NCBI GenBank assembly: GCA_005878635.1
Contig: VBLS01000111.1
Span: 1 to 60,533 of the forward strand
Direction: 5' to 3'
Source of the DNA: Methanobacteriota archaeon
GTDB lineage: Archaea > Thermoplasmatota > Thermoplasmata > RBG-16-68-12
DNA: 60,533 bases
The notes beneath the pieces are model-generated. The model was not told where the DNA came from, made no database searches, and saw only the letters and a program-made list of their open reading frames with translations. The position numbers and the translations under genes are program-made. Positions within the stretch are counted from its first letter, which is position 1. Each line of letters starts with the position of its first letter. Shown here piece after piece: positions 48,124 to 55,651 of this stretch.

Positions 48124-48288
48124 TCAGCGGAGAAGGGCTTTCGGTTTCGCCTTCGGGAGATCGAGCGGCTCGATCGCAATCGGCCGCGGCGACTCCTCTT
48201 CTCGTTCCTCGTCCCGTTCGAGTTCGGATTCGTCGGCGATCGCCCGCCAGAGCGCTTTCATCCGTTCGTCATAATACTCGTCGCACAT
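48124..48288 (-). CDS. Small hypothetical protein (54 aa)
   Basis: MCDEYYDERMKALWRAIADE...; GGTGG upstream of ATG. Confidence 0.55.
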   Translation of the reverse strand: MCDEYYDERMKALWRAIADESELERDEEREEESPRPIAIEPLDLPKAKPKALLR

Positions 48289-48393
48289 CGGGCCACCTTC
48301 GGTCCCGTATTTCGGGGAGGATACATCATCATTTGCCAATCTCCGGCCATGGGAGGGTGTTTCGATGAGGCCGGACTCCTCGCCGTCTATCAA

Positions 48394-48428
48394 TTATCCT
48401 GGGGGATAACGCTCCCATAACGTTTAAG
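48394..48428 (+). promoter_or_regulatory. Palindromic operator plus TATA box of GTPase 1
   Basis: TTATC-ctgggg-GATAA at 48394-48409; TTTAAG at 48423. Confidence 0.65.
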
Positions 48429-48468
48429 CGGGTCTCGCCGGGTATGCCCGGTGCCAGGCGGGAATTTT

Positions 48469-49032
48469 ATGGAAGTCAAGAGGATGAAGGTGAAGGTTTG
48501 TCTCATCGGCGAGGCCGCAGTCGGCAAGACCTCCCTCATCCGCCGATTCGTCCTCGACAACTTCGATGACAAGTATATCCAGACCCTTGGCACGAAAGTC
48601 TCGAAGAAGGAACTCGCCTCGCCCAGCCCCGACGGCACGGGCGAACTGAAGATCGACATGACGATCTGGGACATCATGGGCCAGAAAGGATTCCGCGAGC
48701 TCCTCAAGGAGGCCTACTTCTACGGCGCCCGCGGGATTCTCGCGGTGTGCGACGTGACCCGCCGCAAGACGCTCGACGACCTGGACGACTGGATCGAGGG
48801 CGTCTACAGCGTGACCGGCAAGATCCCGATCGAATTCCTGGGGAACAAGGTCGACCTGAAGGACCAGCTCCAGATCACGGAGGACGAAATGGTCCAGGCG
48901 GCGAGGGCCTACGACAGCCCGTTCCACTTCACGTCGGCGAAGGCCGGCGTCAACGTCGAGACCGCGTTCCAATCCCTGGCGGAGCGCGTCGCGAAGGAGC
49001 GATACGCGAGGAAAGTCGTCGCGGAAGAATAA
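48469..49032 (+). CDS. Rab-like small GTPase 1
   Basis: GEAAVGKT, T(G2), WDIMGQ, NKVD, TSAK. Confidence 0.92.
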   Translation: MEVKRMKVKVCLIGEAAVGKTSLIRRFVLDNFDDKYIQTLGTKVSKKELASPSPDGTGELKIDMTIWDIMGQKGFRELLKEAYFYGARGILAVCDVTRRKTLDDLDDWIEGVYSVTGKIPIEFLGNKVDLKDQLQITEDEMVQAARAYDSPFHFTSAKAGVNVETAFQSLAERVAKERYARKVVAEE

Positions 49033-49035
49033 GAA

Positions 49036-49073
49036 TTATCATCGACGAGAATCGCGTCCTCACGGTAGATAAG
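49036..49073 (+). promoter_or_regulatory. Palindromic operator (one mismatch) plus TATA-like box of GTPase 2
   Basis: TTATC-atcgac-GAGAA at 49036-49051; TAGATAAG at 49066. Confidence 0.5.
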
Positions 49074-49094
49074 ACGGAGTCCGTTTCGAACCGC

Positions 49095-49652
49095 ATGATG
49101 GCGACGCCCGCGGTGACCGGCCTGAAGCATATCAAGGCCAAGGTGTGTCTGGTCGGGGATGTCGCCGTAGGAAAGACCTCGCTCATCCGGCGGTTCGTCC
49201 AGGACGAATTCGACGACCGCTACATCGCGACGGTCGGGACGAAGGTCACGAAGAAGACCGTCGAAGTGGAATGGCGGGGTGCGCCCGCAATGCTCGACAT
49301 GATGGTGTGGGACATCATGGGCGAGAAAGGTTTCCGCGCCCTCCTCCGGGACGCGTACTTCGAAGGCTCGCATGGCGTCATCGCGGTCTGCGACCTGACG
49401 CGCAAGGACTCGTTCTACGACCTCAACAACTGGGTCCAGATGATCCGCAAACAGGTCGGGAACGTCCCGATCGTCTTCCTCGGAAACAAGATGGACCTCC
49501 TGGAGCGGCGCGTCGTGAGCGAGGAAGAGCTCGCGCGGATGGGCACAATCCACAGCGCCGCGCATTTCCTCGCATCGGCGAAGACAGGCCACGGCGTGAA
49601 CGAGGCCTTCAAAGCCCTCGCGGATGCGATCGGTCATCACGACGACGCCTGA
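49095..49652 (+). CDS. Rab-like small GTPase 2
   Basis: GDVAVGKT, WDIMGE, NKMD, ASAK. Confidence 0.92.
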   Translation: MMATPAVTGLKHIKAKVCLVGDVAVGKTSLIRRFVQDEFDDRYIATVGTKVTKKTVEVEWRGAPAMLDMMVWDIMGEKGFRALLRDAYFEGSHGVIAVCDLTRKDSFYDLNNWVQMIRKQVGNVPIVFLGNKMDLLERRVVSEEELARMGTIHSAAHFLASAKTGHGVNEAFKALADAIGHHDDA

Positions 49653-49684
49653 GCCCACGCCATTTTCGATGGCGTCGCACGCGT

Positions 49685-49723
49685 GTTATCCCCGAAGATA
49701 ACCGTTGGGCAACGCCTTTATAA
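49685..49723 (+). promoter_or_regulatory. Palindromic operator plus TATA box of GTPase 3
   Basis: GTTATC-cccgaa-GATAAC at 49685-49702; TTTATAA at 49717. Confidence 0.68.
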
Positions 49724-49759
49724 CCTGAGGATGGTGGGCGCGATACGCCGAACCAGAGG

Positions 49760-50299
49760 ATGGAAATGGACCGCCAGAAGATGAAGGTGAAAATCTGCCT
49801 CGTCGGGGAAGGCGCCGTCGGCAAGACGTGCCTGATCCGGCGGTTCATCCAGGACCAGTTCGACGATCGGTACATCTCGACCCTCGGGGCGAAGGTCTCG
49901 AAGAAGGAGATCAAGATCGATGGCCCCAACGGCGGGTCCGACATCGACATGACAATCTGGGACATCATGGGCGAGAAGGGATTCCGCGAACTCCTGAAGG
50001 AGGCCTACTTCCACGGGGCCCAGGGAGTCCTCGCCGTCTGCGACGTGACGAGGAAGCAGACGCTCGACGATTTGGCAGACTGGGTCGCGGCGGTCGTCAA
50101 GGTCACAGGCAACGTCCCGATCGAATTCCTCGCGAACAAGGCGGACCTGAAGGATCAGATGGACCTGACCGAGGCTGACATCCGCCGGACCGCGGATTCG
50201 TACCACGCCCCTTACGTGTTCACGTCGGCAAAGACGGGACAGAACGTCGAGGACGCGTTCGCGAAGCTCGCCAAGATGATCGCCACGCGGGCTGCGTAG
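49760..50299 (+). CDS. Rab-like small GTPase 3
   Basis: GEGAVGKT, WDIMGE, NKAD, TSAK. Confidence 0.92.
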   Translation: MEMDRQKMKVKICLVGEGAVGKTCLIRRFIQDQFDDRYISTLGAKVSKKEIKIDGPNGGSDIDMTIWDIMGEKGFRELLKEAYFHGAQGVLAVCDVTRKQTLDDLADWVAAVVKVTGNVPIEFLANKADLKDQMDLTEADIRRTADSYHAPYVFTSAKTGQNVEDAFAKLAKMIATRAA

Positions 50300-50494
50300 A
50301 TCTCGACGTTCGAACGCGAAACGAGTACGCACCTTTTCGTGCACGCGAACCTTCGTTGGTCAGGCGTTTTCTCTGGAGAAAATTCGGAATTACGAGTGCG
50401 ATTTTCGAAATCTCACGAGTGTGTCCAAGGTCAAAGTGTTTAAGTAGAAGGCTCGTGTATTCAAAGCGACCCTTGCGAGGGGCCGGTCTAGAAG

Positions 50495-52480
50495 ATGGTG
50501 GAGACAGCGGGAGAACCGGAAGAACTCCCGCCCGTGGATTCGTGGATTAACAAGGTCGACTTCCGGTCCACGGCGGAAGTGAAGATCCCCGAACGGCTCG
50601 TGGACCAGGTCATCGGTCAGGAACGGGCCGTCGAAGTCATCCGCAAAGCCGCCGAACAGAAGCGGCATGTCATGTTGATCGGCGACCCGGGCACCGGGAA
50701 GTCGATGTTGGCCCGGGCGATGACGGAACTCCTGCCCCGGGACGACCTCCAAGACATCATCGTGTATCACAATCCCGAGGACCCGAACGAACCCAAGATC
50801 CGCGTCGTCCCCGCGGGCAAGGGCCGGGAGATCGTGAACGCCCAGAAGGCCGAGGCGATGCAACGCCGGGAGCAGAAGGCCTCGATGGTGATGACGATCG
50901 TGTTCTTCATCATCGGCCTGAGCGTCATCCTCTCCTACCAATGGGGCGCGCAGGAGCCGAGCTTCCGCCCGGATGCCCCGAACATCATCCTGTTCGGGAT
51001 CCTGGTCGCGGCGATCATCTACATCGCGACGCGGTACACGGGTCACCGTCAGGAGAACCTGATGGTCCCGAAGCTCCTCGTCAGTCATACGCCCGATGAA
51101 ATGCCGCCTTTCATCGACGCGACGGGGAGTCACGCTGGCGCCCTGCTCGGGGACGTCAAGCACGATCCCTTCCAGAGCGGCGGCCTTGAGACGCCCGCGC
51201 ACGAGCGCGTCGAATCCGGCGCGATCCACAAGGCCCACAAGGGCGTCCTCTTCGTCGACGAGATCAACGTCCTCCGCATGGAGAGCCAGCAGAGCCTGCT
51301 GACCGCGATGCAGGAGAAGAAATTCTCGATCGTCGGCCAGAGCGAGCGCTCGTCCGGCGCCATGGTCAAGACGGAGGCGGTCCCATGCGACTTCATCCTC
51401 GTCGCCGCGGGAAACCTGGACGCGGTCCAGGGGATGCACCCGGCGCTGCGGTCCCGCATCCGCGGATACGGATACGAGATCTACATGAAGGCCACGATGG
51501 TGGACACGGAGGACAACCGCCTCAAGCTGGTCCGGTTCGTCGCGCAGGAGGTCGCGAAAGATCGGAAGATCCCGCACTTCGACCGCACGGCAGTCCTGGA
51601 AATCCTCCGGGAGGCTCAGCGAAGGGCCGGCCGCCGTGGACAGCTCACCCTGCGCCTTCGCGAGTTGGGCGGATTGATCCGCGTCGCGGGGGACATCGCG
51701 CAGGAAGAGGGGACGCCCCTCGTGACGGCGAAGCACGTCCTGAACGCGAAGCGCATCGCGCGCTCCCTCGAGCAGCAGGTCGCGGACCGCATGATCGAGC
51801 GGGGCAAGGAGTACCAGACCTTCATCACGGAAGGATCGATCGTCGGCATGGTGAATGGCCTCGCGGTCCTGGTCGGTGACAACTCGATCGCAGAATTCAG
51901 CGGCATCGTCTTGCCGATCGCCGCCGAGGTGACCCCGGCGCAGGCGAAACAAGGCGGGCGCATCATCGCGACCGGCCGGCTCGGCGAGATCGCGAAGGAG
52001 GCGGTCGAGAACGTCGCCGCGCTGATCAAGAAGTACACCGGCGAGGACATCTCGAACCATGACATCCACGTCCAGTTCGTCGGCTCCCGCGAAGGGACGG
52101 AGGGCGACAGCGCCTCGATCTCCGTCGCGACCGCGGTCATCAGCGCCCTCGAAGAAGTCCCGGTGAACCAGGCGGTCGCGATGACCGGCTCCCTGAGCGT
52201 TCGCGGACAGGTCCTGCCCGTCGGCGGCGTGACCGCCAAGATCGAAGCCGCGGCGGAGCTCGGGATCGAGAAGGTCGTCATCCCGCGGTCGAACATGAAG
52301 GACGTCCTCCTGGAGGACAAGTACCAGGGGAAGATCCAGATCGTCCCCGTCGACACCTTGAGCGAGGTCCTGGAGCAAGCCCTCGTGGGCCCGAAGAAGT
52401 CGGGCCTGATCAGCAAGCTCGCGGCGCTCGTTCCCAAGATGACCCCGGACAAGCCCGGCCTCGGCGCAGTCCCCCACTGA
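50495..52480 (+). CDS. lonB: Archaeal ATP-dependent protease LonB
   Basis: GDPGTGKS, TM hairpin, DEIN, EGDSAS, PVGGVTAKIEAA. Confidence 0.97.
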   Translation: MVETAGEPEELPPVDSWINKVDFRSTAEVKIPERLVDQVIGQERAVEVIRKAAEQKRHVMLIGDPGTGKSMLARAMTELLPRDDLQDIIVYHNPEDPNEPKIRVVPAGKGREIVNAQKAEAMQRREQKASMVMTIVFFIIGLSVILSYQWGAQEPSFRPDAPNIILFGILVAAIIYIATRYTGHRQENLMVPKLLVSHTPDEMPPFIDATGSHAGALLGDVKHDPFQSGGLETPAHERVESGAIHKAHKGVLFVDEINVLRMESQQSLLTAMQEKKFSIVGQSERSSGAMVKTEAVPCDFILVAAGNLDAVQGMHPALRSRIRGYGYEIYMKATMVDTEDNRLKLVRFVAQEVAKDRKIPHFDRTAVLEILREAQRRAGRRGQLTLRLRELGGLIRVAGDIAQEEGTPLVTAKHVLNAKRIARSLEQQVADRMIERGKEYQTFITEGSIVGMVNGLAVLVGDNSIAEFSGIVLPIAAEVTPAQAKQGGRIIATGRLGEIAKEAVENVAALIKKYTGEDISNHDIHVQFVGSREGTEGDSASISVATAVISALEEVPVNQAVAMTGSLSVRGQVLPVGGVTAKIEAAAELGIEKVVIPRSNMKDVLLEDKYQGKIQIVPVDTLSEVLEQALVGPKKSGLISKLAALVPKMTPDKPGLGAVPH

Positions 52481-52497
52481 GCTTCCGGAGAGAGCCT

Positions 52498-52665
52498 GTG
52501 GACGAGGGCCTTGAACCGTTCGAGTTCTCGGAACCGATGCCTTGCTACGAGGTCAACGCGGCGATCCCGTCCGTCCACGACGACGGCCGGTGCATCCATT
52601 GCCGCAAGTTCCTCACGCTCGAGTGCCCGTACATCGGCCACTTCGTCGGAGAGGACGACGAATGA
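52498..52665 (+). CDS. Small Cys-rich acidic protein (55 aa, not in ORF track)
   Basis: MDEGLEPFEFSEPMPCYEVNAAIPSVHDDGRCIHCRKFLTLECPYIGHFVGEDDE; GGAG upstream; ATGA overlap with nadM. Confidence 0.72.
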   Translation: MDEGLEPFEFSEPMPCYEVNAAIPSVHDDGRCIHCRKFLTLECPYIGHFVGEDDE

Positions 52666-53210
52666 CGGGACGCGCCTTCTTCATCGGCCGGTTCCAGCCC
52701 TTCCACCGCGGACACCTCGCGATGGTGCGGCGGATCCTGGAATCGAACGAGGAGATCATCGTCGGAATCGGCTCGGCCCAGTACAGCCACACGGGCGAAA
52801 ATCCCTTCACGGCCGGGGAGCGGTACGAGATGATCAAGAGGGCCCTCGACGCGGAAGGGATCCACAACTACCACATCGTCCCAATCCCCGACACCCACGT
52901 GCACAGCGTGTGGGTCAGCCATGTCACGTCCCTCGTCCCGCGCTTCGACGTGGTCTACACGAACTCTGATCTCGTCGTGCGCCTGTTCCGGGAGCACGGC
53001 CTGAAGGTGCTCTCGCCACCACTGCTGGACCGCGAGCGCCTCTCGGGGACCACGGTCCGCCACCGGATCCTCAAGGGGGAGGATTGGGAGTCCCTCGTCC
53101 CCGCGGTGGTCGCGGCGTACATCAAAGAGATCGATGGGACCGAGCGCATCCGCGAGACGCACAAGTACTCGACGCCGTACGGCACTCGCGAAAACCACGA
53201 GGACGCCTGA
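52662..53210 (+). CDS. nadM: Nicotinamide-nucleotide adenylyltransferase
   Basis: GRFQPFHRGH, GSAQ.SH...NPFTAGER, SGT. Confidence 0.95.
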   Translation: MTGRAFFIGRFQPFHRGHLAMVRRILESNEEIIVGIGSAQYSHTGENPFTAGERYEMIKRALDAEGIHNYHIVPIPDTHVHSVWVSHVTSLVPRFDVVYTNSDLVVRLFREHGLKVLSPPLLDRERLSGTTVRHRILKGEDWESLVPAVVAAYIKEIDGTERIRETHKYSTPYGTRENHEDA

Positions 53211-53389
53211 GAAAGGAACCCGTCCGCGACTCCCCACGAGGACGGGCTTAGGCAGGCATCCCTCCAAACGAGGATTTCGTCTCGAGATTCCTGCCGAGAA
53301 GTAGACCAACCCCTTCGGGGATAAGGCCATATTACCAATTGGTTACCAGGCCTTGTTCCGTTCGGTACCAGTCGTTCGGCGAGCCAGTA

Positions 53390-54214
53390 TCACCAATCGA
53401 GCTGGTAACCGCAGTACGGGTCTCCACGGAGCATGCAGGCGACCTTCGTGACCGTGGCGTCGATCTTCAACATCTGGACGAACCCCTCGTACGCGCCCAA
53501 CCATGCGGCGCAGCGGGCGGGGCTGCTGATCCAATCGTAGTTCTTGAGCAGGGCCCGATGCCCCTGGACCTCGACCTCGAGGCGTCCGTGGTTGAATTCC
53601 CGCGAGTACGCATTGGGGGACAACTCGAGCAGGAGCGGGAATGGAATGACCCGGGAGATGAGTCGCTTGGCCGACGAAAAGTTCCTCGCCTCCTCCCGGA
53701 GCATTCGCCGGATCGTCTCGTAGGTGCCGTCTCCGAAACGGGCTTCGATCGCGTCCAAGGCTTGCAAGGCGGCGCGAAGAGGATACCAGCCGTCCGCCCG
53801 TACGGTGGACGGATCGAGGCCGACGCCAATGAGGATCTCGTCCGCGGCGGTCGAGGTGTAGTGGGCTGCGACCCAATGGTGGTAGTTCCGAAGGTGACCG
53901 CCCCGGATCATCGGTGCGACGATCCGATCGCCCCGCTCCTCCGTGAGCTCGCCGAAGACGGCTCGGCCGAGGCCGGAGGCGGCATAGAGCCGGCCGCGGC
54001 GCTGGCCCGCGACGCGCTCGACGAGGTCCGTGCGGACGAGTTGACCGAGCGCGCGGCTCACGTGGGGCAGGTGCAGCCCCGTCTGCTTCGCAACCTGCAC
54101 GGGCGTCTTCGGCCCCGGGATCACGGCAGCGAGGACCGTTTCGCGTTGTCGACTCGCGAGGACGAACGAGAGCCCTTCGAGGAAATCCCTAGATCTAGTC
54201 GGCGCACCTTGCAT
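53390..54214 (-). CDS. wHTH transcriptional regulator with C-terminal V4R-like ligand-binding domain
   Basis: PKTPVQVAKQTGLHLPHVSRALGQL HTH; C...G..EG...CMLRGDPYC.Y...W. Confidence 0.78.
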   Translation of the reverse strand: MQGAPTRSRDFLEGLSFVLASRQRETVLAAVIPGPKTPVQVAKQTGLHLPHVSRALGQLVRTDLVERVAGQRRGRLYAASGLGRAVFGELTEERGDRIVAPMIRGGHLRNYHHWVAAHYTSTAADEILIGVGLDPSTVRADGWYPLRAALQALDAIEARFGDGTYETIRRMLREEARNFSSAKRLISRVIPFPLLLELSPNAYSREFNHGRLEVEVQGHRALLKNYDWISSPARCAAWLGAYEGFVQMLKIDATVTKVACMLRGDPYCGYQLDW

Positions 54215-54265
54215 CGGAGGGCCCCTCCGATTGAGGGATGCAGACGTTGGCTCATTACCCTTTCC

Positions 54266-55651
54266 TCAGGGAGCGGGGAGGAGGTACGTCAATAGGACGG
54301 GGACCAGGAGGGAGGCCATCAAGTGGATGCGCCGCACGCGAAGCGCGACGGGCACGATCCCGACCAAGCTCGCGACGGCGGCAATGGCGACGCCGGGCCA
54401 GCCCGTCACGACGAATAGGAGGCCCTCGATCACGGCGATGGAGACGATGGATATTTTCCGAGGATCCCAGGTCGACCACCGGCGCGCGATCCGTCGAGCC
54501 AAGCGGGCCGCCATCGGAGCCGCCAAGGCGGTCGCGAGCGAAGCGGCCGCGACGAGCGCGACCAAGGTGCCGGGGATGCCGAAACCGGACCAGGCCGCGG
54601 GATCTCCCGCGAGTTCCTTGACTCCGGCCGCGACGCCGCTGCGCGTCCGATGAATCATGAAGAGCACCGCGGCGCTGAGGAGGCCCGTCGACGCGGACAC
54701 CGCCCCGAGGACGATCATGAATTGTCCTGGCCCGGCGCGGTTCCGCCTCCCGATCGACGCGAGGGTCGCGGCCGCGCCGCCGCTGAGGCCGGGGAGCCAG
54801 GAGATCGCCGCGCCCGCGGCCGTCCCCCGCAATGCGCTCCGGGCATCGCCCCACGACAGGCGACGCAGGCTTTCGATGCGCTGCGCCGGGATCCGGCCCG
54901 AGGCGCTCCGCAGGCTGATGAAGAGCGTCGGGAGTCCGAAGAGGCCGGAGAAGAGGGGGAACAGCACGAGGCTCGGATCGAGGGGGACCGGCCCGCGAAG
55001 GGTCAGGATGCCGAGGAGGCCCGCCAGCCCCTGAACCCAGGCGGCTCGGAGGCCCCGCCGAATTCGGTGCCGTCCGCGGAACTCGGTGGCGAGGATCGCG
55101 GCGAGCAGGCATACCAGGAACAGCGCGCTCCATGGACGGAATCGGACGGCCAGCTCGATCGGATCGCTCAGCACGAATCGGAGCGGGACCAGGAGGAGGA
55201 CGGCGAAGAGCGTCCCGAGCGTTGCTCCGCGGGCCGCGAGGGCGACCGCCCTCGGGCCCTCCCCGGCCAGGAGGAGACGATGGCCCGGCAACGTCGCGAG
55301 GGCCGTGTCCTCCGTCGGCGCGCCAAGGAACACGCTGGGAATGAGGCTTGAAACCCCGTGGGCTGCCGCCGTCGCGAGCAGGAACGACGACAACAAGATC
55401 CCGATCGTCGCGGGATCTGCGGCGATGTCGGGGACGAGGAGTCCGAGGAAGCCGGCCCAGAGGCCTCGGGTGGCCAGGAGGAGCGCGGCCACGTTGTTCA
55501 CGTGAAGTCCGGGGGAGAGTCCGGTGAGCATCCCGACGGCGACGCCGAGGAGGACGACGCCGACGAAGGCTGCCAGGACGCCGAGGAGGTCCACGACGAC
55601 AAACACAGATGCATCGGGTGAACGTCCCCGATGCAGGTAGCCTACATTCAC
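54266..55651 (-). CDS. TctA/DUF112-family membrane transporter
   Basis: GLSPGLHVNN, IPSVFLGAP, LPGHRLLL.GEG, WLPG. Confidence 0.85.
   Translation of the reverse strand: MNVGYLHRGRSPDASVFVVVDLLGVLAAFVGVVLLGVAVGMLTGLSPGLHVNNVAALLLATRGLWAGFLGLLVPDIAADPATIGILLSSFLLATAAAHGVSSLIPSVFLGAPTEDTALATLPGHRLLLAGEGPRAVALAARGATLGTLFAVLLLVPLRFVLSDPIELAVRFRPWSALFLVCLLAAILATEFRGRHRIRRGLRAAWVQGLAGLLGILTLRGPVPLDPSLVLFPLFSGLFGLPTLFISLRSASGRIPAQRIESLRRLSWGDARSALRGTAAGAAISWLPGLSGGAAATLASIGRRNRAGPGQFMIVLGAVSASTGLLSAAVLFMIHRTRSGVAAGVKELAGDPAAWSGFGIPGTLVALVAAASLATALAAPMAARLARRIARRWSTWDPRKISIVSIAVIEGLLFVVTGWPGVAIAAVASLVGIVPVALRVRRIHLMASLLVPVLLTYLLPAP

Noticed and set aside
48747..49652. Frameshift fusion of GTPases 1 and 2
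   Set aside because: GTPase 1 has a clean TAA, and GTPase 2 has its own operator, TATA-like box and ATG at 49095.
53309..53324. Fourth copy of the GTPase operator
   Set aside because: Only a half-site (TTATCCCCGAAG on the minus strand), located between convergent genes.
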